DNA from: Fistulifera solaris
Lineage: Eukaryota
Length of the DNA stretch: 64,000 nucleotides
NCBI GenBank assembly: GCA_030295235.1
Contig: AP026125.1
Span: 1,860,001-1,924,000 of the forward strand
Reading direction: 5' to 3'
Numbering within the stretch: position 1 is the stretch's first letter; each line of letters begins with the position of its first letter. Shown here piece after piece: positions 35,459 through 49,154 of the stretch. Made by a program: the position numbers and the translations under genes. The notes under the pieces are model-generated. The model was not told the origin of the DNA. It worked only from the letters and a program-made list of their open reading frames with translations, and searched no databases.

Positions 35459-37173
35459 ATGACAACACCTTGTAAGCTAGCTATGAAACTATCGATACTT
35501 CTCCTCCTCGCGTGTCAAGCAGGCGCTTTCGCTTCGGCATTCCATCCGGAATCGGCACTTGTCTCAATTCAAAACCAAAGGCTCTGTAAAACCCGATTGA
35601 CGAGTTCCATTGATGACCAGCGTGCTGCAGAAGACATTAGTCGAGGTGGTGCATCCGGATCTTTGCCGAGAAATGTACCACCGCTTCCGACATTTAAGCA
35701 ATTTCGCAATTTTGCTGTCCCTTGTTTAGCTTTATGGGTCGCTGGTCCATTGCTCAGTCTCGTGGACACCTCCTTCATTGGATTGTCGGGATCCGCCGAC
35801 CAGTCCGCCGCACAGCTCGCGGCGTTGGGCCCTACCACTACTTTCTTTGACGGAGCCACCTATCTTTTCATGTTCCTGAACGTGGCCACCACCAATCTGT
35901 ATTCCTCGGCACGTGCCCAAACGGGCGATAAGAGTCCCAAAACCGAGTCCGTCGTTCGAACGGCAGCCAATGTGGCGTTTCGTTCGGGTGTGGGCTTGAT
36001 GATTTTCTTATTGGCCTTCTCGAAGCCATTGCTGAAATTGTATGTGGGGGAAAAAGCCGCCAGTACGCCAGGTCTCTTGCAGTCCGCGTGCGACTATGTG
36101 AATATTCGTGCCTTAAGTATGCCAACGACTCTCTTGTTAGGAGTCATACAAGCCGCTCTATTGGGAGCACAAGACTCGGTGTCGCCTCTCATTGCTATTG
36201 TTTATTCCACCATCTGCAACATCGTGGGAGACTTTTTGTTAGTGAATCGATTCAACATGGGATTGCAGGGAGCCGCCATTGCCACCACGGTGGCACAGTA
36301 TGCTGCTACGGCAGCCTTGATTGTCACTGCCCGACGCAAACTGGTGCGGGATAAGAACTTGGGCATCCTCTCCAAACCGGCGGACGGTGCCGTGAGTGCA
36401 CGGACGTTCCTCGGCTTTGCGGCGCCCGTTCTGACACTCATTTTGGGAAATTGGCAGCCTTCGGCTTCATGACCAATTCTGCGGCCGCCTTACCGGGTCA
36501 ACCGACACCTCTGGCCGTTCATCAAATCATTTTGAGTCTTCTCTTTTTCTGCAGTCCTTTTTTGGAAGTGATTAGTCAAACCGCGCAAACATTCTTGCCG
36601 CAATTTCTGGCGCCGCCCCTCGAATATGCAGAACAAATGAAGAAACGAAATTCGTCGTATGTCGCCGAGAAAGATACGAGTCTAACTAATTGGTACAACT
36701 CGGCTCAAACGTTTTCTACCCAACTACTCGGTCTAGGTTTTGTGGCCGCGACCGTTGTCGCCAGTACCGCTAGCTTGATTCCGGCCTATTTCGGTCATCT
36801 CATTACGCAAGATGCTACTGTGCAACAAGCGGTGAAACCTTTGGCTCGGTACTTATGGCTCGGTACATTCTTTTGGGCCCCCACTGCGGTGGGTGAGGGT
36901 GTTTTGTTGGCCCGTCGTGAGTTGAGTTTTCTCGCGTCGGTGTATCTGGTCAGCACAGCGCTGTTACCACCCGCGCTGTTGCGCATTAAGATTCTACAGG
37001 GCGATGTGAGTCAAGTGTGGGCTTGCTTTGCGGTCTTTCAGATCTTCCGTGCTTCGTGTTTTGCGGCTCGCATTTGGGGCGGTCCCCTGCTGTCCCGTCT
37101 GGCCAGTCTGTTCCGTGGCAATGGACCATATCGTGCATCCTCGGTGAATGGACAATCCAAAGCAAACAAGTAA
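35459..37173 (+). CDS. MATE/DinF-family transporter (EDS5-like), plastid-targeted; frameshift ~36448
   Basis: [39 protein letters not shown] and [16 protein letters not shown] presequence. Confidence 0.9.
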
Positions 37174-37275
37174 CAAAATACATGAATTACTGACAGAATG
37201 GAAGCAACTTAATTGATTGGCTAGCTAAGAATTATTCAATTCTCGTAGCAACACGCGTTCTTATCTTGCTATGTT

Positions 37276-38040
37276 TTAAAACTTGAATCGCACCCGCGGA
37301 TCCCGATCCACCGTCTCGTACAATGCATACAACATCGCTGCCGATTGGACCGGTGCCTTGACGGTCACCGACGTCCACTTGCCGACCATGCGGACACTGT
37401 GTGAGACATCTTGGACGGTGACTTCACAGGCTTCCGCCACGACGGCCACCATTTCCTCGACAAACAAACCTTCGTTCGCGCCGACAATTTTTAACGTGAA
37501 TTCGCACGGATATTCCACCAAGGCCTCAAAGACACGAGATTTCTTTCCCGTGACTTCATCGGCGTACAATGTGTATCCCTGGTCGTCGGTTTCGGGATTG
37601 GTGATATCATTGACGGACGCCGGACCAATTCCCACAAAGGGTTTCGAAGACGAACTAGTCGTTTTGACGGGTGTATTTCCAAAGCCCTGTCCCACTGTAT
37701 GCGTCGGAACACCATCAATGGTCGATGGCTGTGATGCTCGGGGAGGTTTCTTACGACGACGTAACAAGTCTTCGACGCTTTCTTCAAACGTCGAAGGCAA
37801 TGGATTGTCACTTTCGTTTTCGTCATTCTTCTTATTGTTGTTGTCTTCCGGAACCGGATTGAAGAACGATCCCGCCGTCTTTTCATACAACGACATATTC
37901 CGCCGACGACTGCTATTCCTATTGTTGTTATTGTATGTAGGGAATTGTGTTTGTAAGGGTGAAACGGTCCACCCTTCGCAGGTAATAGGGAGTCCCACGG
38001 AAAGCAACGCGAGGAAAAGTGTCTTGCCAGTAGAATGCAT
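37276..38040 (-). CDS. DUF493/YbeD-like protein, probably plastid-targeted
   Basis: C-terminal LVEYPCEFTLKIVG...GKWTSVTV...LYETVDRDPRVRF. Signal peptide ending CEG-WTV. Confidence 0.8.
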   Translation of the reverse strand: MHSTGKTLFLALLSVGLPITCEGWTVSPLQTQFPTYNNNNRNSSRRRNMSLYEKTAGSFFNPVPEDNNNKKNDENESDNPLPSTFEESVEDLLRRRKKPPRASQPSTIDGVPTHTVGQGFGNTPVKTTSSSSKPFVGIGPASVNDITNPETDDQGYTLYADEVTGKKSRVFEALVEYPCEFTLKIVGANEGLFVEEMVAVVAEACEVTVQDVSHSVRMVGKWTSVTVKAPVQSAAMLYALYETVDRDPRVRFKF

Positions 38041-38746
38041 CCGAGCTATCGTTTCGTCCTTAGTTACTAAATTACAAGTGGGAACGCGTAAGGTTGAAAA
38101 AGGCAAATAAAAAAGTTTTCAGGGTTTCCTTCGTTCTCGAATGATGTGTTGCCGCATTCGTTGTTCGGAACTTTTGTGGTGGTTGTACCAGGTACAGTAC
38201 GTAGTACGACGAGACGAGGAGGTGCGAGGAGGAAAAAACAAATGCATTCGAACTTTAGGAAATTAGGAATAAATATTTAGGAAAATCGTGAAAGATAAGG
38301 CGAGAGGCGAGTGACCAAACGAATAATCAACGGGAGGAGACAACAGAATATTTCAGTGTGGTTATTCTACTATGGCACAGAAAGAACAGGAGTCGTGACG
38401 TATTCATTGAGTAACAGAACCGGTACGATGCCAGTGATTCTTCGCAAAAAGTAAGCGGTCTACTCCGGACCAACTCCGGACTCACAACAAAGTCGTCAGT
38501 AGACTACGTAGTACAAAGTCAAGTACAGACCTGCCCGAACTGCCCCGCCCGGACTAGGTCGACGCCGGACTGGAATTCTTTTTTTTTTGCCAAGCAGCAG
38601 CCGCAGCCATCAAAATGGCGCTAACCTTACAAGTATTGCCGGCATTGACATTACATTCTTTTCCTCTGAATTTCATTCAAAAACAAGGCGTCACTCTTTG
38701 CAAACGCTCGCAAGAAACTCTTTATTACTTACATTATCTATTATAA

Positions 38747-39701
38747 ATGGACGTGGTTCGCTCGCAAAGAGAAATGGCGCGACGGAAGCGCACGGTTGAG
38801 ATTCACGACGGAACCATGCCGCAAGAATCATCATCATCTCCCCCAAAGTCCCCAATGCCCCCGTCAAATCACGCAAAGCCTTGTCAATTCTGCGTCGACG
38901 ACGATCCAACTCGGAACCTCCGCGTCGGCGGAAACGGTTACTCGAAGATCATTACCAATTTGATCCAGAACGTCGCATTGTGTTACCCGGTGTGCCCCGC
39001 TACGAACAAGATTTCGCCCGCGATGCGCACGATTGTTTCAATCTCATCATGCTGTTGCCTGTCATTGTTTTGGATATTATGAACTGGAATTGGGATACGA
39101 TATTGTACGCGAAACGCACTAGTATTGCGGAGGCTTGGACGGGCGAATGGTTTGATTTATTCTTTCAGGTCACGGCGTTTTATTTTGTCGTCGATTTGAT
39201 TTGGATCAGTCTGGTGCCGTCCTGTGTCAAAAGTCCCGCAACCATTATACAACATCATTTGGCGACCATATTGTACATTCTCATTCCGTATCTGCATTCC
39301 GAGTTTCGCTGGTGTATGGGGGCGTGTTTGAGTGTCGAACTCAATACGTGGTTTCTGATTGCGCGCCGTGTACTCAACAAACAAGGACTTTCGCCCTGGA
39401 CCATCAGTTTGTCCTTTTATCGATTCGCGTCAAACTCATTTCCATCTTCTTTTATACGACGTGGATTGGTATTCGCTGTATTCTCTATCCTGTCTTGATG
39501 ATGCCGTTCTATCAAAATTGGATTCAACATTCTCTAAAAGTGGGCACCAAATGGAATTTGGTCATGCTGTGTGTGCCACTGCATGCGTGCTTTTGTCTTT
39601 TGAATTTGAAATGGTCCTATGATCTCCTCATGAGCAAAGTCCGGTATTGGCGACGCAAGGGAAGTGTCAAGTACGATTCTTCGATTTCCAAGGGATTGTA
39701 A
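38747..39701 (+). CDS. TLC-domain-like multi-pass membrane protein, paralogue 1 (intronless, two frameshifts)
   Basis: YFVVDLIW, IIQHH, VELNTWFL, WIGIRC and LLNLKW. Confidence 0.7.
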
Positions 39702-39833
39702 GCGGATGGACTGGTTGTTGTTGCAATCAAGCATCTATCTAAGTGTAACTATAAGCACATTGAGCTAGCTAGATAAAAAGTATAACAAACTTGTAATAGT
39801 TTACAAAATAGCAAGCTCACAATTTCTATTGAC

Positions 39834-41383
39834 TCATCCCTGAAGTCGTGCCATCAGCTTGTTGTTGACCGTCTCCCATCGCTCAATGGTGGATTTTGCC
39901 TCCGCAAGTTCATTGCGTAATTTACGAATGGTTTCTTCCGCCTCATTGCTGTTCGTTTCGGCGCTGATAGTGGGAAGGACGGCCTTGGACCGTCGTCGTC
40001 GTCGAGCCAATGAGGATTTCACAAACGACGGACTAACGACGTTTGGGACGTCCCAGAAACGGAAGAATGCGGCCGATAATAAGCTACCATTCCCTTCTTT
40101 TCATCCACTGCATGCTTTTGTAAGAGACGAATAAGCTGTGACACAGTCTCTTTCTTCTTCGCGTGCTGTCGTTGCGAGGTACTCGTAAAAAGGGGAGTCG
40201 ATTCTGAAACGTCTTGATTTAATACGGTGATGGAAGTCACCGGATGAAGCGAAATCACATTTTTCTTCTTTTGTGTATCAACACCCATATGCGACCACGG
40301 TTCAACAACTTTCACACAACTTTTGGACGCTAAGCTCCACGTCCGAACTACCCCAGCTTCATCCCCCGATATTAATAAGTGATCGTCGTCGTCACCTTTG
40401 GCAATTGCCAACGCCGTGATGGGGTAGTCGTGACCACAGAGTGACATCAAATATGGCTTTTCTTTGTCTTCACGTCCAAACAATTGCTCGGTATACGATC
40501 CTGGCTGCAGTTTTTGTCGCTTCACACTCGCGCCCATTTGGGCGGTTTTGTGCAAAGCATAGTCATCGGTGTCGATGATATAAATCATTCCGCTTTTGCT
40601 CCCCACAAACAACCGGTTGTGATCTTGCACCTCTAAAACATGCAGCGGATTGTTCAGCTGTATACACGCCAACACGTTTCCTGAAAATACCTCATACAAC
40701 ACCACTTGTCCATCTTGACCGCACGAAACTATTCGACCACCACCGAGAGCCTTGATCCCTGTGACAGGTAAATGATGCTGTGTCCACGTCTGCCACGGCT
40801 GAACATCGGTGGTTGTTTCCGAAATCAACTCAATCCAAGAAAAAGCGTGAACCATCCCATCATCTCCACCTGTCACCAAGTCCCGACCCGAAAAGGCCAT
40901 GACCGCGACGGATCGATAATGAGCTTTGAAGCTTCTCACCAACCGACTTTGTTCCAGTACATTCCACAGATAAATCGTCCCGGAAGATCCCCCAGCTACA
41001 ATATATGCGCCACACGGAGAAATGAGTAGACCTGCTGACATTTCGGGTTCTGGCAAACGACACTTCCAGTGCAAAATAGGAGGTAATGCAGCCGCCGAAC
41101 GGAGGGTAAACAACAGAGCGTATGAGTCATCTTTCTTGTGTGTGAATCCAAAAGCAACAGCTAGAGTATTGTTCGGAGTAGACATGATATGATCCGGGAA
41201 GGTAGAAATGGATGCGACGCCTAAAGGCACCTTCCCCGACATGTCGCCGGCAAGACGAAGTGACGACTGCACGCTGCCGGTATAAGGACACATCATGCAA
41301 AGGGAACCCCCGCCTCCGCCAGGCGCGAGTGATGTTGTCGGCTTGGTTGTAGAGATACAAATTATTTTCTTGGGGATAGACAT
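39834..41383 (-). CDS. WD40 protein WDR18/Ipi3-like (frameshift ~40050)
   Basis: LPEPEMSAGLLISPCGAYIVAGGSSGTIYLWNV, FKAHYRSV, TGGDDG and HHLPVTG. C-terminal coiled coil ending INNKL-like VNNKLM. Confidence 0.8.
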
Positions 41384-41859
41384 TATTCAAATTGATTCAA
41401 GGACTAAGAATGAAGTGCAAGCTGGAAGCTGCAAAAGAAAGAAAAAATGGTGTGAAATATTTTGTTGTGAATGGTTCTGAGATCGTCTGTCCTCCACACG
41501 CAATGGTAGGAAATATTGATCCGCGCCCAGAGGCCGACAGGCGCCGAACTCGGGTAGACAGTACAGCTACGGAAAAGTCCACGATTTCCAGTTAGATCAC
41601 ATTTAGAATTTCCCTAGAGTACTTACAGTCGTGAATTTTCGAAATAGACAAATATGCTTAATTAGGACAAAACCAATTGCACGTTGGAGTACCGCCTGCG
41701 ATTTCATCAAGATAGTAAAATCTCGCTCTTACAGTCACATAACGCCAACACGACTTTTGAGCGAGCACTTGGATCACAAACCTCCACCTTTCGTACCGTC
41801 CATTCGGAGCATGGGAAACTCTTGTACAAACAATAAACCAAGCTTTGAAGTGATTAACC

Positions 41860-43534
41860 ATGGAAGAATTTGCAGCAATACGATCACCCAAATCGGAAAA
41901 ACTGAGTCCGAGTTCTCGATTCGAGCCGGCGCAAACGATGAGTGACGATGACAAGAGCATCGTGGACAAAGTTCAACAACAGCATACTTTACCAACACAG
42001 TTCCGAGGGAGTGACGAAGAGAACCAAGCAGATGAGTTGACTGTTGTATCTAAGCTTGAGAGCGGTCGCACTCAACCGTATCAATGGGATGATCATCTCG
42101 ATCCTTTCTTTTCGGACCCAGGCGCCCTCAACAATCATTTTGCGTTGTCGGCAGAAAAGTCCATCAAAGACGAAATATCCCCTCTTCAAGAAAAGCGAGC
42201 AACACCATTGAATTATACAACGTCCTCGTCTTCTGACAGGTCCGCTAAACAGATGTTGCGTTCAAGGAAGGATCAACGAAATTCGCAAAGTAGTACTCGG
42301 TCGGTTTTGTCTAAAACCACCCGTGATCTCATTTTCAATGAAAGCACAGACTCATCAGACAATGATAATGACGTCCCTCTTGCAAAGGTTCTCTCGATGG
42401 AAGAAGTGCTTCCCCCACGTATTGGGTCTATTCGTTCGCTACGTGAGAGTCTTGACGATCATGAAGATCGACATAGCGTGAAGTCTTCTAAGATCAAAAA
42501 GACGCAAAGCAAACAAGGCCAAAAAGTGACAAAAAACTCTTCAAACATGAGCTACGCATCGGTCACTTCAGCTACTAGATGGAGCAAGGTCCCCGAAGTA
42601 GACGATCAGGAGAAATTACCAATGCAACGTTCAGGTGGAAAGAATGAAATGGTTCCTCAGAATCCTTTTTCGATTACAAACCTCTTTGCGAATAGTTGCT
42701 TGCCCTCTCAGACCACACACGATATTAAAGAGGAGAAAATGGACATTCTGACGATCCAGCCACCCAATAAACTCTCTTTTTTTAACTGAAGTATTTCAGT
42801 GCGGAAACAAATACGACGACGACGTTATAAGTCCCCGAAATACTCAAATTATTCTCGACGTTTTTGATAAAACATTGTGCGGAATTCCAGCGAAGATGGC
42901 GAACATCAGCTTGGACGATCTTCTCAATGGAGAAGAGGAAGACGATCTGGACATGAAAAGGCCCAAATTAAGGAAAACTAGGCCACCGTCGGAGAGCAAA
43001 TTTTGTACCCCATCTTCGAGCTCTAACGTGGATCAATCTAGCCACCTCTATGGGTTATTGAAAGAGCACATGAACAGTAGTCCCGACGAATCGAAAATTA
43101 ATTCTGTGGGACGCTCTGTCGACAATGATCCTGAAGTACAGCGCGAGCTACAACGGTTGTGTAAACTATTGGAAGCCAAGCTGGATGGACACAGGCCAGA
43201 GCCTGTCTATGAATCTGATTTCGACGATGACTACTATGAGAGTGAAAGTGAAAGTGATTTTGACGATGATGAGGATGAAAAGCTCTTTCAAAACTGGATG
43301 CGATCAGGCCCTATTATGGAGCTTTTTGGCATAGGTTGTCACGACAAGAATGGTACTATGCGTGAGATTACTAACGATGATCGTATCATGTCTGGTCGCT
43401 CATATCACAGCAATGACAGATTTTATCCCGGAGAGGAGGATGAATACTATGACGAGTTCGACGAGGAGTACTACAGTGATGCGGAAAGCACGGAAAGCAA
43501 CCTCACCATCGTAGCAGCAAATGATTACAAATAA
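41860..43534 (+). CDS. Low-complexity Ser/Asp-rich hypothetical protein (frameshift in T run ~42780)
   Basis: Two long adjacent ORFs joined at a T homopolymer. No recognisable domain. Confidence 0.55.
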
Positions 43535-43622
43535 CGATAGGTAGTATATTGTATGCAATCCTGTTTCAGCTGAAAGAATATTGATACTCTATCTTATATG
43601 ACGTATTTCTCTAGCTTTGTCA

Positions 43623-45029
43623 TTAGTCCAAACAGCCAAAGTCTACGTAGTTTGGTCGCTCACAGGCAATGTATTCATCCACTAGATTCTGGACCGTTTC
43701 TCGTGCATGATCGAACTCGTCCAGCGAATCAGCAAACATGGGTTCTCTTCGATAATTGTCCAAGAAGGCGTTCCTGCTTCTGATCCTATCGTATTGCTTT
43801 AGTAATCGGTCAAAGAGCTCCGCCATTCCTGTGTGATTTGCGAGCATAAAACCCGAGACTTTGTGTTTGGTTTCCACAAACGGCGACTTGCGCGCCATGG
43901 CAACTTGGATCGACGCGGGTCCCCAAGGAATGAAATTGAGAGCATTGCGCTCTCGTATTCGCTGCAAGGCTTTATGCACTTGAGTAGGATCGATTTCGTT
44001 GCCTTGGATGATGTTTAGAATGGAGATATAGCATCCCGACCTCGTATTGGCCGAAACCATGACATTTTTCGGTTGTGTCAATCGCCTCATGACGTCTAGC
44101 ACGGTAGTCTTTCGTACGCCGGCAATGACTTCGGTTTCATCGTCCATTAGATTGAGTGGAGTATATCCCGTCATGAGAAAGTGGCAGCGGGGCGTGGGTA
44201 TCAGTGAAGCAAGTAGACCAATGAGGTCATTGTTCATGTAGCCAGGATAGCGCAACGTTGTTGTACTCGCCGCCATGATAGTAGCGACCAGACTATTTAA
44301 ATGATCGACAGACGGATTATCGATGCGCAAACGTTCCATGGCGATCCGATTCAAAGCCGAGTTATCCAAAACCACCACTGCATCGGCGTTGAGCGTTAAT
44401 CGCTTCATCGTTAAAATGGAGTTGTAAGGTTGCACTACCACATCCGACTGATCCGCCCAACTGGGAAATACCGAATACGTCTGGATCAATTTCTTGGGAA
44501 AGTGATCGTTCAAAGCCTCCAAGAGATACGAACCCATCCCACTTCCCGTCCCTCCCGCAATACTATGACACAAGACAAATCCTTCCAAGGAATCGGAATT
44601 ATCACTCTCTCGATCAATCATATCCAATACCTGTTCGTGATGTTCTTCTCCTTGTCGAAATCCACTAGCCCAGTTGTTTCCCGCACCGCCTCCTTCTTGT
44701 GCAATAAACAAATTTTCCGGATTGAAGAGCTTTTGATTCGCGTGCGCTAATTTGTTGACAACACGCGGTTCTAAATCAATCAACAATGCTCTCGGTATGT
44801 ATCGATCGTCATCGGATTGATAAAAGAAGACGTCTTTTCGATCTTCTACGGCGGGTTGATTTTGCTGTTGCCAGAAAGATGAAGAAGAAGCCGAAGGAGT
44901 CCCTACGGGCTTTTCTTTCAGCGTCCCGTCCGCGCAAATGCCGTGTTCGAGCGTCAGTTGCTTCCAGAATTCTCCTCCAATCTGGTTGCCACATTGGCCG
45001 ACTTGTAATGTAATGATTTCACGCGGCAT
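43623..45029 (-). CDS. TUBG: Gamma-tubulin
   Basis: [42 protein letters not shown] and DVVVQPYNS. Confidence 0.97.
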   Translation of the reverse strand: MPREIITLQVGQCGNQIGGEFWKQLTLEHGICADGTLKEKPVGTPSASSSSFWQQQNQPAVEDRKDVFFYQSDDDRYIPRALLIDLEPRVVNKLAHANQKLFNPENLFIAQEGGGAGNNWASGFRQGEEHHEQVLDMIDRESDNSDSLEGFVLCHSIAGGTGSGMGSYLLEALNDHFPKKLIQTYSVFPSWADQSDVVVQPYNSILTMKRLTLNADAVVVLDNSALNRIAMERLRIDNPSVDHLNSLVATIMAASTTTLRYPGYMNNDLIGLLASLIPTPRCHFLMTGYTPLNLMDDETEVIAGVRKTTVLDVMRRLTQPKNVMVSANTRSGCYISILNIIQGNEIDPTQVHKALQRIRERNALNFIPWGPASIQVAMARKSPFVETKHKVSGFMLANHTGMAELFDRLLKQYDRIRSRNAFLDNYRREPMFADSLDEFDHARETVQNLVDEYIACERPNYVDFGCLD

Positions 45030-45579
45030 TTTCGTTACGTTGTCGTAAGTCGAGGGATGGATTGATTGCAATAGTAAATAATAGAATAATGGTTTCGCTC
45101 TCCTTTCAGTTCGTCCTTATTGTCATTCATATCATTCGTTTAAGTTTCGTCCGCTCCTCGTCGGGTTTTAACAGGAAAACACGCTGCAATCTTATTGGTA
45201 CCTAACTACAGGTTACGGGCGAGTTCAAATTTTCAAACAGCCTCGGACATTAAAGTCATTCGATTTACAGTGCGTCATTGCAAGTGTGTCTAAAAGCTAC
45301 TAAAACATTTTACCCGGTACTCAGGTGTACTTCTTACTGCAGAGTCGTGGAACGCAACGACCCAGACCCAACCAAAAAATGCCACGGATTTCTAACGCGG
45401 ACGAGACGACTCCTCCTCCTCCTCCTTGTCGTCCTCGTCGTCCTCGCCTTTTCGCCTCTGGCTCGTCGTTGATTATTGATCATTATTCACCTCATCTCGC
45501 CGTTCCTTCCAACAATAAGAGCGAAAGGTTCCCTTATCACGTGTTTTCTCCATCAATTCATTATATATAGTAGACAAAC

Positions 45580-46602
45580 ATGGCAAAGACATCACCACGA
45601 CAACGTTTATCGCCGACAACACGGACTCCGGTGAATGGCGAGAACGACCACCGACCCCTCATCACCAAGACAGATGCGAAGGAACGAATGGAGGATTCCG
45701 AAATAGAAGCCGATATCGCGCGAACGAATCATGATTACTTTAATCTGGTCGCATTGGTAAGTTGGGATTTGTCAAATTGACAACGAAAATGGAGAAACAA
45801 CGCTCATTGTATTGTTACCTTTTTAGGTACCGGTCGTCTTGACTCTGCTTCCGAACTGGGATCTTTCCAAATTATTTTCGTTTACTGCATATCCAGCTAG
45901 TTGTTATACAGGAGAATACTTCTTTCTCAATTGGACGGTACGTTTCCAAGTTTCATTGGATCCGAGCTCGTTGAATGTGTTGATAGTTCCTCATTGTCAT
46001 TTTATTCTCTATTTCGCAGGTAACCGCTCTTTACTTCATCATCGATCTACTTTGGGTTATGAAAGTTCCAACTTGCGTAAAAAGTCCCGATGTCATTATA
46101 AAGGTACGCATTGCTTATGCTATTTCTCGGTTCGACTATTTGATCAAACGAAACTAACCCAAGTTCGCTCGATTCAAAAAAAAAGCACCACAAAATCAGT
46201 CTCGTATATCTACTAGCACCCATTTTCTTTCCGCAATACGCTTGGTTCATGGGAGCCGTTCTATCCGTCGAAATCAATACATGGTTTCTCATTTTGCGTC
46301 GGGTCATTTACAAGAATAAAGTACACCCCATTCTGGCCGAGACAATTTCCTTTTGCTTTTATATCACATGGATCGCAATTCGCTGCATTGTCTATCCCTT
46401 CATTCTCTTGGATTTTCTCCGCCTCTATGTTGCGAAAGTACAAGAAACGGAAACATTGTTCCATTGGCCCATGTTGGCGATTCCCGTACACGCCATGCTG
46501 TGTATTCTCAACCTCAAGTGGACGTACGATTTGTTTGCGCCCATTGTCAAACGGTGGGTCAGCAGTGATGCCGATTCACCCACCATTGCCACGGGATTGT
46601 AA
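45580..46602 (+). CDS. TLC-domain-like membrane protein, paralogue 2 (three introns ~45757-45826, ~45938-46019, ~46104-46185)
   Basis: HDYFNLVAL|VPVV, CVKSPDVIIK|HH, VEINTWFLILRRV and LNLKW align with the 38747 gene. GT-AG boundaries present. Confidence 0.75.
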
Positions 46603-46713
46603 TTAATATTAATGATAGTAGTAGTAGTATTGTGAATCGTCAATGGAAATGAAATTGTGTTCGAGTGAAATTTAAATAGTCTATTGCTACATGTTATCGA
46701 CAAATGGGAGTTA

Positions 46714-49154
46714 TCACTGACGACTTTGGTGTTGCTCCTTTGTGTGCGTCTGTTTCGCACCGTCTTCCACCGCAGGGGCAAAGGTCGGGAATGAGGCGAC
46801 CAGATACGACTCGAGAGCGGATACACCTGCACCGGGGTGAGATATCATCCAATTCGCTTGTTCATCCATCACGTCGCGAAAGGCTGGGCCACGAGGAATC
46901 TGAGGAAGTAATTTCTTCACGGCCTCACCGTCCAGTAATGGCTCCTGGTGCCAAATACCGATGAGTCCGAGCTGTTGCCAAGCTGCGGCAAAGGCATCGA
47001 ACGACTCGATGATGCCTCGACGTTGCTCATCTTGAGAATCGTCTACAATATCACCCTCAATGGCGTAGCTCATGTCGCTCTCAAGTGCTGCCAATTGCTC
47101 CGAAATAGCAAGTATGAGACTGGCGCGCCAGAGGGGGCCGACTTTAATCAAAACCTTCGCGCAGCGTTGTCGAAATTCCATCGCATGAATCCAGAGAGGA
47201 TCCTCCTCCGTCGCCGAATCAATTTTGTGACCATTCATTGTGCACAGAACGCTGGTCGAATCACGATCGGCGCTTGCTCCGCGAGAAGTTACGAGAACAT
47301 CACTCAAAAGAATCATCGTGGCCGAAATATCCCCACCAGATCCCATCAAATGCGCTATTTGATCGGATGCAATCAAGATTTTTTCTACTGACTCGGCGTC
47401 TCGGGTAGGCCGCTTTAGCTCGTCCACTAAAATCTTTGAAATGATAGAACGGTTTGACTTTTTGTTTCTCGCACCTGGTGCCGCGGCAGCATTCTTTCTC
47501 CAGAGTGCCGTTTCGTCCCAGAGAGGCTTTAAGAAAGCAGCGTACCACAATAGGCGACGAGATTCGCAATCGTCGACCAGTCGACAGCCTCCATCATAGA
47601 TAGGATTTTGCGCTGTACACCATAGCGGGGGCGATAACCGGCAATCGGCCAAATGATCGTGTGCTGTTGACAACAATGTAAGACCCTTGCAGAAAATCCG
47701 CCGCGTTGTGTCGGCACAATCATCGCCACCATACTCGCACAAGTACTTTGAGATCGGAAAAACAGTGTCCACCAGCTTCAAATTGATCAAGAGTCGCATT
47801 GCTCCGACCGGATCGGGTGACCTCAGCATCAGGTCGATCTCGCCACCAACGCGTTCACGAGAGACTTTCTGCCCCAATGCGGTGCGTACTCGATCGTCCA
47901 TGGCTGACGCCTTCAACTCCGGGTCCATTCCAAAGCGCAAGCGGGCCGCGAAACGGATGGATCGCAGTACTCGAAGGGGATCATCGAGCAATGTCGTCAA
48001 AGGTGCCAGCGGAGTAGCAACGATTCCTCTCCGTAAATCGTCAAAGCCTCGCCCCGTCCAGTCTTCTACTTGTCCGGTGTTGATGTTGTAAAACAAGGCA
48101 TTGATCGTCAAGTCACGGCGAAATGCGTCTTCCTCGGCAGTTCCGATCCTCATCAAATCAGGTATTCGGCTATCTTGTGTGTATTCTTCCGCCCTTAGAT
48201 TAACAAAGTCAATCCAAAACGAATCAACCTTCATTGTGGCCGTTTCAAGGTGCTTTGATTTTTCCGGATTTTTCAAAACAACGCCCACTGAAACAGTATC
48301 TTCTCCCTGTGAAGTCAAGTATTCATTAAGATGATCCGCAAACTCCCTTCCCAACATGTCATCCAGTGCTATGTCAATGTCGACTGGCGAATTCGATGAT
48401 TCATCAGTGCTGACAAGCACTTTTGTACCCTGTCTTCCCAGAGACGGTGCAGGTTTTTGAAACTTGGATGTCAACCGATTGCCCCCTATATCAAACACTT
48501 TATGGTAAGTTTGAAACTCTGGAGTTGCCAGTAGTTTATCACGGACCCAACCACCAGCTACACGGAGGGTGGTATTGAGATTCGTCTTTTCTCGAACGTG
48601 GCGAAGTAAATTAAAAGATGTTTTTCTTCATCTGTCAGATGAATGGATGGACCATATCCCTCTCGAGGGCGGTTACTCTTCGACGACCCGTGAGACGAAG
48701 ACGAGGCGGAAGCAGCAGCTGAAAAGAAACGAACACTATCCATGCGGCTCATTGTCATCGTATAAGAGGATTGTTCGGATGACATGCCCACAGTCCGTTG
48801 AAAAGCTGCCATCGACGAAGTCTGTAACATATCATGCACCAGGATTCCTCCAAGTAACCTGAGTTCTCTCGAATCAGCTACCATATTCCATTTCGCCGAT
48901 GAAAGAGGCTTTTCTCTCATCTTAATTGTTCCGAGCCATGAAGTTTTAGAAATTGCTTGTATCCGATGTTGTTGTAAAAGTGTGCTGCGCAAAGCGGATA
49001 TTTTGGATTGTAGCATCATAAGTGATACTATTGAAACGAGAAGTACCTTCGAAAAGCGAAAGCGTCGGCGACTGATTCGAGCGGCGCAAGAAAACGTCGC
49101 AATTCTCTCCAAATTCGTTCTCTGCCCCATAGTCTCGCCTGCGAAACTGTGCAT
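46714..49154 (-). CDS. tRNA nucleotidyltransferase (CCA-adding enzyme, class II); frameshift ~48620
   Basis: LRVAGGWVRDKLL, DIDIALD, NPEKSKHLETA, IDFVNLRAEEY, EDAFRRDLTINALFYN and DDPLRVLR. Confidence 0.92.

Noticed and set aside
37283..38110. Long antisense ORFs (also 24083-24835, 57802-58596, 62753-63346, 28989-29648)
   Set aside because: Shadows of real genes on the opposite strand, with no recognisable protein features.
38455..38580. Repeated CCGGAC words as a tRNA or structured RNA
   Set aside because: No cloverleaf or A/B boxes; more likely short promoter motifs.
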